Origin: Leptonemataceae bacterium
Lineage (GTDB): Bacteria; Spirochaetota; Leptospiria; Leptospirales; Leptonemataceae
Direction of reading: 5' to 3'
Length of the DNA stretch: 64,000 bases
Assembly: GCA_965227295.1 (NCBI GenBank)
Contig: OZ245742.1
Location: 1,728,001-1,792,000, forward strand
Shown: positions 42,173-51,202 of the stretch, in pieces
Numbering within the stretch: position 1 is the first letter of the stretch
Layout: every line of letters begins with the position of its first letter
Notes under the pieces: model-generated
Database searches by the model: none
The model's input: only the letters and a program-made list of their open reading frames with translations
What the model was told of the DNA's origin: nothing
Made by a program: the position numbers and the translations under genes

Positions 42173-43204
42173 ATGATCCGTGCGATTTTTCTGCGCATTG
42201 TGCCGACCTGCCTGGCGCTGCTGAGTGGGGCCTGCCTGTGCGGCCATCCCCTTGTCGGCATTCTGGACACCATCTGCAACGTCGATCAGTTGCAGCGCAT
42301 GAGTACGAACCTCTCGGCTTACAACCAACTCGCTACCGATATCGACGCGTCGACGACAACTTCGTTCAACGGCGGCCTCGGCTTCGAACCCATCGGCGAC
42401 TCGACGACGCCGTTCAGCGGTAACTTCAACGGACAATACTTTAGCATCAGCAAGCTTTACTTTAATCGGCCGACTACGGATCGTGTCGGCTTCTTCGGCC
42501 AGACGAGCAACGCCGTGATCGAAGGCTTTTATCTGACTCAACTGGACATTGCCGGCCAGGGCCGGACCGGCGGCGTGGTCCGGCATATGAGCGGCGGTAC
42601 ATTGGGTGAGGTTTCCACGACCGGTTCCGTCACCGGTAACGCCAATGAAACCGGCGGCATCGCCGGTGTCGTCGTCGGCGCGGGGGCCGTCGTGGAGCGG
42701 GTCTATTCGAAGGCGACGGTAACACAGAACACCGGCGGCCTCATCGGCCTTGTGCGCGATGCGGCCGTGGTCCGGGACAGCTACTTCGCGGGTTCCGTCA
42801 ACGCCCCGTCGGCGACGCTCAAGGTCGCCGGTCTCATCGGTCACGTCTGGAACATCGGCGGCTGCGCGTCGCCGGATACCCTGGAAACGAGTTACAGCAC
42901 CGGCAGTCTGAGTTCCGCCGACACCCTTCAGGCGGGCGCCGTGGGCCAGATACAGGGGTGTATCGGCGCTAACGTCTACTGCCTGGATACTAAGGATTCC
43001 GCCGCGCAGGAGTGTCGCAACGACCTGGCCGGCGGCTCCATGACCGGCGGGCGGCGGACCCCGGCGCAGCTCAATTGCCCGACCTTCGCCGGGGAAACCT
43101 GCAACGGGATTGCGACGTACTCCGCGTGGTCGTCTTCGGTCTGGAATTTCGGCGACGCCTCACAGAATCCCTGGCTGCGCTGGACGGGCGATACGCCGCC
43201 GTAA
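42173..43204 (+). CDS. GLUG-motif exported/surface protein
   Basis: Signal peptide, GF.PIG....F.G.F.G, repeated GG(I/L)(A/I)G beta-helix motifs, and a Cys-rich C-terminus ending W.F..W. Confidence 0.75.
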   Translation: MIRAIFLRIVPTCLALLSGACLCGHPLVGILDTICNVDQLQRMSTNLSAYNQLATDIDASTTTSFNGGLGFEPIGDSTTPFSGNFNGQYFSISKLYFNRPTTDRVGFFGQTSNAVIEGFYLTQLDIAGQGRTGGVVRHMSGGTLGEVSTTGSVTGNANETGGIAGVVVGAGAVVERVYSKATVTQNTGGLIGLVRDAAVVRDSYFAGSVNAPSATLKVAGLIGHVWNIGGCASPDTLETSYSTGSLSSADTLQAGAVGQIQGCIGANVYCLDTKDSAAQECRNDLAGGSMTGGRRTPAQLNCPTFAGETCNGIATYSAWSSSVWNFGDASQNPWLRWTGDTPP

Positions 43205-43238
43205 ACTTTCGCGAAGTGAATCTTTGCGAGGTGTACGT

Positions 43239-43460
43239 CTACTGCTTTGCGTACTGCGGCAGATACTTTTCGGGATTCGCCTGGAAGGCCTTCCGATGCG
43301 CGGCGGATTGGAAGCGGTACTTTGCGCCGGCGTGTTCGGTCTTGAACTGTTCTTTGCCTTTGACCGCCTTGTCGTCTTTGAAGTACGCGACGACGTCATA
43401 GCCGTCCACGGCCAGGCCGCCGAAGTAGGATTTGTTTATCGGGCCGGCCAGGAGCGGAGA
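43239..43460 (-). pseudogene. Truncated YHS-domain protein fragment
   Basis: AVDGYDVVAYF...AVKG....Y.F.S..H...F..NPEKYLPQY followed by an early stop. It has no start codon or full signal peptide. Confidence 0.7.
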
Positions 43461-43471
43461 CCGGAATTTTT

Positions 43472-43597
43472 TGGGCGTCTGCCCGGCCGCGCCGCGGAGA
43501 CGGCCGGGCACCGCGCTTTCTAGGGCTCCGCTACGCTTCGGTCCTCCGCTTCGCTTCGGACTTGCGGCTGCGCCGCAACCCTTCCAATCGCTGACGC
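43472..43597 (-). repeat. Structured intergenic repeat, copy B
   Basis: Inverted homolog of 39592-39712. Confidence 0.75.
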
Positions 43598-43622
43598 GAA
43601 GAGTACAAGAATCCAGATCCTC

Positions 43623-44291
43623 TCACTGCAACGTAAACGTAATCGTCGTATCCCACACAAAATCCTGGGCCGCGCCCGAGGCGTCCGTGTAAGGTCGCGA
43701 CTTTAACTTTGTTTTTTGTAAGATTAAGCGACGAATCGACGCGACGAACTCCTGCTCGAAAGCCGCGTGGGACCCGCCGGCGCTGCGGATGTTCCGCACA
43801 CGCACGTCCCGAATGCGCCCGCCGGCGTCGATGTACAAACGAATCGCCGCCGTGACGCGACCCAGGTTCGCGTTGCGCGCCGCGGACGGATAATCATCCG
43901 GGCCCTGGTTCACGTCCAGCAGGGCCGTGTAACGTTGCGAGAAATCCATCGTCGGGTCGACGGCGTTGTTCCAGTTGATCTCATCGACCTCCTTTTTCTC
44001 CACTTCGACGATCTCATTCGAAAGATCTTTCGACTTCGCCTGGGGCGCCTCGTCGATCTCCTGGTATTCGATGAACGTCATCTCCGTGCTGAGTTCCAGG
44101 TTCACCGCGTCCGGATCGCCGACGGGCCAGAGCTGGATCACGGCCTCGGCGATCAGTACGACGAGGAGTTGCAACGCGAATCCGGCGACGCACCATTCGC
44201 GGAGTGTCCAACCACGCATGCGTTCCACCAGGTCGTTGAACCAGCCCGGCACTGTGGCCAGGGGCGGCGGGGAAGTCATGGCCGCGTTCAT
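43623..44291 (-). CDS. TonB-like energy transducer
   Basis: Single TM helix and a TonB_C-like region (YP.AA....G.V....ID..G.I.DV....F.L), downstream of ExbBD. Confidence 0.7.
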   Translation of the reverse strand: MNAAMTSPPPLATVPGWFNDLVERMRGWTLREWCVAGFALQLLVVLIAEAVIQLWPVGDPDAVNLELSTEMTFIEYQEIDEAPQAKSKDLSNEIVEVEKKEVDEINWNNAVDPTMDFSQRYTALLDVNQGPDDYPSAARNANLGRVTAAIRLYIDAGGRIRDVRVRNIRSAGGSHAAFEQEFVASIRRLILQKTKLKSRPYTDASGAAQDFVWDTTITFTLQ

Positions 44292-44725
44292 GATTTTGCC
44301 TCCGGTCGTGTGGTTATGATCATGCGGCGGATGCCGGCGTTTTTCAGCTCTTCAATAACGCGATCCACCTGACGGTAAGGTAAATCTCGTTCGATGTTAA
44401 GATAGACCCGTACCGCCGCCGGGGCGAAAGCCGCGCGTTCGCGGACGGCTTCGCCCAGACCGGCGAGATGGATGCGTTCATTGAAGAAGTAAGCCTCGTC
44501 ACGACCGGCGAGTTCGGCGTCCACGTAGATCACGAGCGGATACGGCGAGTTCTGGCTCGGGCTCGCCAGTTCCGGTACTTCGACCGTGCGCGGTTTTTGA
44601 TCCGTGACCATCGTGGTGGCGATGTAAAAGATCAAGAGCAGAAACGCCACGTCGCCCATGGCGCTGAGCGGGATCATGCCCGCCGCCCGGCGCTTACGTC
44701 GTGCGGGTACCGCGGCCTGCATCAC
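44288..44725 (-). CDS. exbD: ExbD/TolR biopolymer transport protein
   Basis: IP..AM.DVAFLLLIF and Y..V..VI..LK.AG motifs. Confidence 0.85.
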   Translation of the reverse strand: MMQAAVPARRKRRAAGMIPLSAMGDVAFLLLIFYIATTMVTDQKPRTVEVPELASPSQNSPYPLVIYVDAELAGRDEAYFFNERIHLAGLGEAVRERAAFAPAAVRVYLNIERDLPYRQVDRVIEELKNAGIRRMIITTRPEAKS

Positions 44726-45147
44726 ATCGTCTCCCGGTCGATGCCCAGGGAAATCTGCTGCATGCGAATTTCGCGGAGCATTTGCAGAATGCCTGGAACG
44801 GCCTGGGCCGGGGCGTCGGCGTGCACCCGGACGCTGACGACCAGCTCCGGATTTTCCGTGCGCCGTTCCTGAATGTCCCGGCGCATTTCGTCCAGTTCCA
44901 CGGCCTCGCCGTCGATCATCAGTGCACCGGCGGCGTTGACCTTAACTTTGTACAGGTTTTCTTTAAGAATTTGCATGGGTGGTGCGTCCTTGCGGGGCAG
45001 CGGTAATTCCACCCCGCGCATTTCCAGTAGAGCGCTCGCCGCGAGAAAAAAGACGATCAGCAGGAACGCAATGTCCGACGTACTCGACAGCGGAATCTCT
45101 TCGACCACGCGGCGCTTCCGCCGCGCTATCAGCGTGTCGCCGGTCAC
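44722..45147 (-). CDS. exbD: ExbD/TolR biopolymer transport protein
   Basis: EIP.SS.SDIAFLLIVFF motif, with overlapping start/stop codons on both sides. Confidence 0.85.
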   Translation of the reverse strand: MTGDTLIARRKRRVVEEIPLSSTSDIAFLLIVFFLAASALLEMRGVELPLPRKDAPPMQILKENLYKVKVNAAGALMIDGEAVELDEMRRDIQERRTENPELVVSVRVHADAPAQAVPGILQMLREIRMQQISLGIDRETM

Positions 45148-46004
45148 GCCGCGACTCCTTCCGTGCGCACACCTTCCGGATTCCGTTGTCGCGCCACCGC
45201 GCGCACCAGGGCTCCCGCCGATCGTTCCAGTTCGAGCGTAAACTCATCGATGCGATACAAAAAGAGCTGATACACTAAGTACGTCGGAATCGCAACTAAG
45301 AGCCCCGCCGCCGTTGTGATCAGCGCCTCTTCGACGCCGCCGGCCAGGTCCTGGGCCGTGGGCGCCGCCTTCTCCACGAACTGCAGGAACGACACGCGCA
45401 TCCCGACGACGGTGCCGAAGAAGCCGAGCAATGGAGCCAGGTTTCCCAGGTTCGCGAGCAGACCGAGGCCGCGTTCCAGGCGGCCGATCGCCAGGTTCGA
45501 TGCCGTCTGGATATCTCCCTGCAACTGACGCGCCGCTTTTTCGCCGCGCTCGCCGTGGTTTTCTACGAGGGATTCGCGCAAAACGTTCGCGATCAACGTG
45601 TCCCGTTCGTTGAGCATCGTATGCGCGGCGGGAATGCCGCCCTGTTGCAGGGCTTCCGTAAGATCTTCATAAAAACCTTTCACCTCCAGCTTCGCGCGTC
45701 GAAAGTAAAAGTAACGCTCGAGACCGAACGCGACGATGATCGTCGAAACGATCGCCAGGCCGAGCATCGTGAGTCCGCCCTTGTAAATAACCGCGAAGAT
45801 CGACTCGCTTTCCGGAGCGGCATCATCTGCCGTCATCGGGACTTCGGCGGCGGCCTCCTCGCCCGGAGTCGCCTCCTCGGTGAGTTCGGGCGTTTCCGGC
45901 GGAGGTTCTTCGCGAACTTCCTGGGCGTAGACAGCGGTGCTCAGCGTAATCAGTACAAGCAGCGCCAGTGCGTAGTGTAAGATGTGTAAAGGTTTACGTT
46001 TCAT
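45144..46004 (-). CDS. exbB: MotA/TolQ/ExbB proton channel protein
   Basis: APLLGFFGTV.GM..SF and G..EALITTAAGL.VAIP motifs. Confidence 0.9.
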   Translation of the reverse strand: MKRKPLHILHYALALLVLITLSTAVYAQEVREEPPPETPELTEEATPGEEAAAEVPMTADDAAPESESIFAVIYKGGLTMLGLAIVSTIIVAFGLERYFYFRRAKLEVKGFYEDLTEALQQGGIPAAHTMLNERDTLIANVLRESLVENHGERGEKAARQLQGDIQTASNLAIGRLERGLGLLANLGNLAPLLGFFGTVVGMRVSFLQFVEKAAPTAQDLAGGVEEALITTAAGLLVAIPTYLVYQLFLYRIDEFTLELERSAGALVRAVARQRNPEGVRTEGVAA

Positions 46005-46034
46005 GGTGTCCTCGGTTGTTGGTTGTAAGATGTT

Positions 46035-46538
46035 TCAAAACAAAAAGGTCGTATCGTCGGCCCGGAGACATTGTTCCAGGCAGGTGCCGATCTCGCCGGC
46101 CGCGTTCGCGGCGTAGTCGACGTAGTTCGTAAACGTGCATTGGCCGCCGTTGCGCCCGCCGATCCAGTAGATTTCTTCGCAGCGAAAGTAGCAGGCCCGC
46201 GCGGACGCCCCCAGGTTCTCCAGTAACTCTGCCTCGTTGTAAGTTACGCAGATGGTCTCCGCGTCCGCGGAGCCCGGCCGGTTCTCCAGCAGGGCCTCGA
46301 GAACGGCCAGATAGGCGTCGGAGGATCCGAAGAAGGCGTCCGCGGCGCAGCCGACGCCTTCCGTGGCGGCCCGGCGGCAGGCCCCGAGATGGTCCCACTG
46401 GCCGGTACGCAGCACATTCAGCAGAATGAACTGATTGCGTTCGAACTCGTGGTCTTCGTGGGTCGCCGTGGAATCACAGGAGGCGAGGCCGGCGCCGAGT
46501 ACGCTTAAACTTACAATGAACAAAACTCTGCGAACCAT
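46035..46538 (-). CDS. Cys-rich lipoprotein
   Basis: ATG overlaps the receptor stop (TAATG). It has a LASC lipobox and eight further Cys. Confidence 0.75.
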   Translation of the reverse strand: MVRRVLFIVSLSVLGAGLASCDSTATHEDHEFERNQFILLNVLRTGQWDHLGACRRAATEGVGCAADAFFGSSDAYLAVLEALLENRPGSADAETICVTYNEAELLENLGASARACYFRCEEIYWIGGRNGGQCTFTNYVDYAANAAGEIGTCLEQCLRADDTTFLF

Positions 46539-49042
46539 TAGAACTGCACCTCGATGCCGATGTTGAAGAACGGCAAAGATACCTTCTCGCCCTCGACATC
46601 CTGTTCGAGTACCAGGAAATCGTACTGGACCTCGGGGTTCGTGGCAGACCACGGCCGGCCGTTGTCCCACTGCACGCTGTCCTCGTTGCGCCGGGCGTAT
46701 ACGTTCAGCATTTCGAAGAAGATGTTGCCGAAACCCCACTCATAGTGGAAGAAGCGGTCCACGCGAAAGTCCAGGCGATGGTAGTCGCTCAGACGTTCGC
46801 TGTTCGTAAGCTCGGAGTAGGTCGGATCAAAGATGCGCCGCCCGCGGTTCCGTTGTTGGCCGCCGTCGTCGCCGATGATCGGCGTGTACGGCTGCGCCGT
46901 ACGATACTGCCAGCGCAGGCCGAACTGCCAGTCGCGATTGTACTGGTAACCCAGCACCAGGTTGATGATGTGCGTGCGATCGAAGTCCGCGTAGCCGTCC
47001 TTGTTGTTATCGTACTGGGCGATCAAACGAAACTCATTCGGTGAACGCAGCAGTTCGCGTTCCTGATCGGTAATGATGTGTTGATGCGTATTGCGCAGCG
47101 AGCGGGACCAGGTATAGCTGGCCCAACCGTAGAAGCCGTTTTTTCGCGGCGGTTTGCTTTTCTTTAAGTAGAGTTCGAAACCCTCGGAAAAGCCCGTGCC
47201 GTCGTTGGAATAAACCGCCGGCGCATTGTAGATGATGGGTTCCTCGTATCGATCGAAAGCATCCTGGTTTACGCGGTACGGCAACGTGAGGTACGGATCG
47301 ACGACGACCAGGTCGCGAAAGTAATGGCGAAAGACCTCTACTTTAAACAACCAGTCCGCGAGTTCCTGCTGAATTCCGCCGGAGTAGTGTTCCGCGCGTT
47401 CGAAGCGCAGGTTCGGATTACCCGAGGACGGAGAGAACTCGTAGGTCTCGGGCAGGCGATGATACACGCCGCCCCCGCCGAGAAGCGTTGTCGGGTTTTC
47501 TTTCCAGAACGGCAAAGTATAGGCGAGCGTACCTTTAGGATCGACCACGGTCTGATTGGTCTGTCCGAAGTGTTCGACGCGAAAGCCCGGTTTGAACTCG
47601 AAACCGTAGCCGTCGAGAACGATCATGCCGTAACCGCTGTTGTACTGCGTGACCACGGAATCCCGCACCGGCACGGTAACGAAGTCCGGCGGGTCCGCGA
47701 AGAGTTCCGGGCTTTCGTCGTTGGGATCGACCAGACGTACCGTAGTTCCCTGGTTTCGAAAGTTAAACACCCGGGCCTCGCCGCCGGTTTCCACGCGCAC
47801 ATGCTTGCGCACAATCTCCCAGTCCAGGTCGCCGCGAAAGGAACCGTAGCCGTCCTGCACGTCCTGCCGGAAATTGAGATCACCTACCTTTGCATCAATG
47901 AAACCCAGGTTCTCGGTATAATAAAGCGTGAAGCGTGTCTGTAGCTTCGAGCCGGGGGACCACTCGTACCGAATCGCTTCGGTGTGAAAGGCCTGGTCCG
48001 ACGCGAACTCGGCGCCGACGAAAACCGGGTCCACCTCTTTGGTCGGATCGTACTCCGGTTCCTCGTCGATCTCCGCACCGAAGGTGTCTTTCGCGGCGAG
48101 GGCGTAGAGGAAGATCGAATGTCCCTTCGCCAAATCAAAGCGACTTTTGAACTGCGCGTCCCAGTAGACCGGCAGACGGATGCCGTCCGGCGCGAGACTG
48201 TTCAGAGTTACATCGAGATACGAACCGCGGGCCGCGGCGATCCAGTAACCGGCGGTCTCGTCTTCATTGTAGAGTGACGGGATCGGCGATTTGAAGAGCG
48301 CGTTGGCGGACCACAGCGAAAACGAGGCGGAACCGCCGAAGCGTTCCACCTCATCGATGGTTTCGATGTCGATGATGCCGCCGGTGGCGTCGCCGTAGTT
48401 CGCCGGATACGAACCGGTAAACACGTCGATGTTCTTAATCAGATCGTTGTGCAGCACGGAGTTCGTCGGCAGAAAGTGAAAGGGATAACCGATGGGCAGA
48501 TCGTCCACGAGATAGGTGTTCGAACCCTCGTCGGCGCCGCGAATCGAGATTTCACCGCTGCCGAAGGCGGGCGTGATCACACCGGGAAGCGTTTCAATGC
48601 CGCGCAGGGCTTCGCCGAATTGACCGGGGATGCGTTTGATCTCGTCCAGGCGCAGGCGATGGCGCGAGAGTTTCTGTTCGTCGCCGCGGCCCACCACCTG
48701 GATGTCGCCGGCGCCCGGGTCCTCCTGTTGTTCGACGCTGCCCGCGAAGACGTTTAAGATTTGGCCGGCAGAGGTTACGTTCACCCGGGGCTGCACCAGG
48801 CGTCCGTCGGCGAGAACGACCCGCAGCGTATAAAGACCCGTGGCCGGAACGCTGATGTCCGCGCGACCGCGGGTGTCGGTGAAAACCTTCTCCCGCGTTT
48901 CGATCACGATGATCGTCGCGTCGGCGGCGGGTTTGCGGCCGTCGTCGAACACCTGGATCGTCGCCGGCACGGCGCCCTGGGCGAAGATCGCTCCGGGAAT
49001 AAGCGCGGCGAGGGCAATCAACATGTAATAGTACTTTAACAT
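46538..49042 (-). CDS. TonB-dependent outer-membrane receptor
   Basis: Signal peptide, N-terminal extension, plug domain (LPGV...IRG...N.YLVD; G.Y.A.YG..TGG.I), GNPNL..E and a C-terminal Phe (NIGIEVQF). Confidence 0.92.
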   Translation of the reverse strand: MLKYYYMLIALAALIPGAIFAQGAVPATIQVFDDGRKPAADATIIVIETREKVFTDTRGRADISVPATGLYTLRVVLADGRLVQPRVNVTSAGQILNVFAGSVEQQEDPGAGDIQVVGRGDEQKLSRHRLRLDEIKRIPGQFGEALRGIETLPGVITPAFGSGEISIRGADEGSNTYLVDDLPIGYPFHFLPTNSVLHNDLIKNIDVFTGSYPANYGDATGGIIDIETIDEVERFGGSASFSLWSANALFKSPIPSLYNEDETAGYWIAAARGSYLDVTLNSLAPDGIRLPVYWDAQFKSRFDLAKGHSIFLYALAAKDTFGAEIDEEPEYDPTKEVDPVFVGAEFASDQAFHTEAIRYEWSPGSKLQTRFTLYYTENLGFIDAKVGDLNFRQDVQDGYGSFRGDLDWEIVRKHVRVETGGEARVFNFRNQGTTVRLVDPNDESPELFADPPDFVTVPVRDSVVTQYNSGYGMIVLDGYGFEFKPGFRVEHFGQTNQTVVDPKGTLAYTLPFWKENPTTLLGGGGVYHRLPETYEFSPSSGNPNLRFERAEHYSGGIQQELADWLFKVEVFRHYFRDLVVVDPYLTLPYRVNQDAFDRYEEPIIYNAPAVYSNDGTGFSEGFELYLKKSKPPRKNGFYGWASYTWSRSLRNTHQHIITDQERELLRSPNEFRLIAQYDNNKDGYADFDRTHIINLVLGYQYNRDWQFGLRWQYRTAQPYTPIIGDDGGQQRNRGRRIFDPTYSELTNSERLSDYHRLDFRVDRFFHYEWGFGNIFFEMLNVYARRNEDSVQWDNGRPWSATNPEVQYDFLVLEQDVEGEKVSLPFFNIGIEVQF

Positions 49043-49054
49043 AACTTAAGACTC

Positions 49055-49384
49055 TTACGGATCCAGGCCGGGAATGTCGCAGAACTCGCATTCTTTCGTG
49101 TACATCTCGATGCAGAACAGCGGATAGTCCGTGAACGGACAGGGCTCCTGGAGGATCAAGAGCGAGCAGAGGCGCACGCCGTAGGCCGAGGGCCGGCCGG
49201 GGATGATCAGCGGATAGGCCGGGCGACTGCCGCACTGCTCTTCCCGGAACGACATGGCCGCAAAGATTTCACTGTAGGCGTCGAAGAGGTCGACCGCGTC
49301 GGCATCGTCCCGGGCGCAGGCACCGGAAAACAGCACGAGAACAAACATTGCATAAAATAAAATTAAGCGACGGGCCCGGCTCAT
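49055..49384 (-). CDS. Small Cys-rich lipoprotein
   Basis: SGAC lipobox and six further Cys. Confidence 0.75.
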   Translation of the reverse strand: MSRARRLILFYAMFVLVLFSGACARDDADAVDLFDAYSEIFAAMSFREEQCGSRPAYPLIIPGRPSAYGVRLCSLLILQEPCPFTDYPLFCIEMYTKECEFCDIPGLDP

Positions 49385-49896
49385 CTGGCCTCCCTTTGGC
49401 TGCGCAGGTTTACGTCGCGGTAACGAATGACGTCGCCGCGGACTTTCCAGGTGACGGCGCGACCGAGAAGCGAGTAATAGTGCGTCTCGCGCCAGGCGCG
49501 TAAGCGGATCATGTTATCCCCCTCGCGCTCCTGGATCGCGGTGCCGATCGCGTAGGACGGATCGAGGTCCGGCGTGACCGGCCACAGGTTCAGCAAGAAG
49601 AACACCGAGGACTCCCCCGTGACTTCGCAGCCGCCGTTGTAGCGGTCGGGGTCCACGTACAGGAACGCCGGGTTGAGCGTGCGCCGTTCTTCTTCGGAGA
49701 GTTCTTCGCGCCGATTCAGCTCGGCCTGGTCCAGACATACGATGTCGTACGGCGAGTCGTTGATCGGCGCCGCGGACGGATGCATGCTTGCGAGATCCGT
49801 TCGTCCACCCTTCGTAACCAGGCCGCCGGCGAAACAATGCGTACCGGCAAGGGCCGTTAATACACAGGCACAGAAAGTTAGCAAACGAAGGCGCAT
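49381..49896 (-). CDS. TRL/Bor-like lipoprotein
   Basis: Lipoprotein-like signal, ESS.F.LL.L.PV, AI......GD..I and V.GDVI motifs. Confidence 0.65.
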   Translation of the reverse strand: MRLRLLTFCACVLTALAGTHCFAGGLVTKGGRTDLASMHPSAAPINDSPYDIVCLDQAELNRREELSEEERRTLNPAFLYVDPDRYNGGCEVTGESSVFFLLNLWPVTPDLDPSYAIGTAIQEREGDNMIRLRAWRETHYYSLLGRAVTWKVRGDVIRYRDVNLRSQREAR

Positions 49897-50297
49897 CAGC
49901 GTCGCCTCCGGTTGTCCGGGGCGAGGCGTACGACGTCCGCCTTAAGTACGAAGCGTTTGCGATTCAAGAACCCGAGATACACCGACTGGTCGTTCCAGTA
50001 ACGCAGGTTGATCAGCGCGTAATCAGCGCCGTTATCATTCTGAATGTACGGGGCAAGGATCCATTGCTCCGCCGCGTCGACCGGCGGTTCGGAGAGCGGG
50101 AATCCCACGAGGACCAGGTCCAGGGACCAGAAGGCGACCTCGGCTTCTTCGCTGCCGACGATCTCGTACGACCGGTTGCCGATGGGAACGTTGGAAACAG
50201 CAACGCCGCCGCCGGCGGTGACGCAGGCGACGGCGCAAAGTGCGAGGAGCACCGGCACAACCAGTAGAGAAAGAATGCGAGGACGAATCTTGTGCAT
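49896..50297 (-). CDS. TRL/Bor-like lipoprotein
   Basis: AVAC lipobox, G.A.SN.PI....Y.IVG, ALINLRYW and ADVV. It appears paralogous to the downstream gene. Confidence 0.65.
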   Translation of the reverse strand: MHKIRPRILSLLVVPVLLALCAVACVTAGGGVAVSNVPIGNRSYEIVGSEEAEVAFWSLDLVLVGFPLSEPPVDAAEQWILAPYIQNDNGADYALINLRYWNDQSVYLGFLNRKRFVLKADVVRLAPDNRRRR

Positions 50298-50306
50298 GAC
50301 AGGCGA

Positions 50307-50391
50307 AACATAGACGATAAGACGCGCTGTCGCAACGGGCGGGGAATGAGGCGTTGTTTGCGGGGAATGAGATGCACGTGCCGGGAACGAG
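50307..50391 (-). promoter_or_regulatory. Promoter (-35 TTGCGA, 17 nt, -10 TATGTT) preceded by three direct repeats, putative LytTR sites
   Basis: Plus-strand GCGGGGAATGAG at 50339 and 50360 and GCCGGGAACGAG at 50380. The -35 is at 50330-50335 and the -10 at 50307-50312. Confidence 0.7.
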
Positions 50392-50464
50392 ATTCGCGAC
50401 CGGGGTCGGCTGAATCAGGGCGGCGAGAGTTCCTGCCGGCGCGGGCAGTGCGGCAGACGCCGCC

Positions 50465-51190
50465 TCAGAGACCGCAGCGTCGCTTCAGTTCTTTTGCGTA
50501 ACTGCGGCTAACCGGAAGACTCTCGGATTCGTCGCGCAGATGCAACACGTAGCTGCCGTTCATAAAGTACTCGAGGCGGCCGATCATCGTGAGATGGACG
50601 ACGAACTGCTTGTGAATGCGCAGGAAGCGATCTTCCGGCAGGACGTCTTCGAGCATGGCCTTCAGAAGGCGCGGCGTGCGAAAGTCGCCGCGGGAAGTAT
50701 GCACCACCGTTTGTTTGCCGTGCGAGGACAAGTACAGAATCTGATCGTACGAGAGAAAGACGTGTTCGTCGCCGTCGCTCACGAAAATCCCGTGACCGCT
50801 TAACGGAGACGGACCCGTTCCGCCGTCCTGGTCGAGATAGCCGAGGGCGCGATCGACGGAGCGCGAGAAACGATCTTCGTCGAAGGGTTTGAGCAGATAG
50901 TCCACCGCTTCCAGGTCGAAGGCGTCGGCGGCGTACTCGCGATAGGCCGTCGTGAAGATGACGCACGGCCGTTGATCCAGGCGCTCCAGGACCTGCAGTC
51001 CGTTCAGCATGGGCAGGTTGATGTCCAGAAAAACGAGATCGTAGTTGCCGGACGCGAGTTCTTCCAGGGCCTCTTCGCCGTCGCCGGCGACGTGACCGAG
51101 CTGCAATTCTTTGCGCGCAATGACGAAACGCATGAGCAGTTCCCGCGCGGGGAACTCGTCTTCCACAATCAACACGCGATAGGTTTTCAT
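50465..51190 (-). CDS. LytTR-family response regulator
   Basis: IVEDE.PAR, FLDI.LP, IFTTAY..YA..AF...AVDYLLKP, F.RIHK..VV and LPVSRSY motifs. Confidence 0.93.
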   Translation of the reverse strand: MKTYRVLIVEDEFPARELLMRFVIARKELQLGHVAGDGEEALEELASGNYDLVFLDINLPMLNGLQVLERLDQRPCVIFTTAYREYAADAFDLEAVDYLLKPFDEDRFSRSVDRALGYLDQDGGTGPSPLSGHGIFVSDGDEHVFLSYDQILYLSSHGKQTVVHTSRGDFRTPRLLKAMLEDVLPEDRFLRIHKQFVVHLTMIGRLEYFMNGSYVLHLRDESESLPVSRSYAKELKRRCGL

Positions 51191-51202
51191 CTCAAAGTCG
51201 TT

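Noticed and set aside
43239-43511. Selenoprotein readthrough in the YHS fragment
   Set aside because: The stop is TAG, not TGA, the GGY(C/U) context is missing, and the downstream sequence does not continue the domain.
50339-50391. Direct repeats read as a mini-CRISPR
   Set aside because: Repeats of 12 bp with 8-9 bp spacers and no cas genes fit a transcription-factor operator instead.
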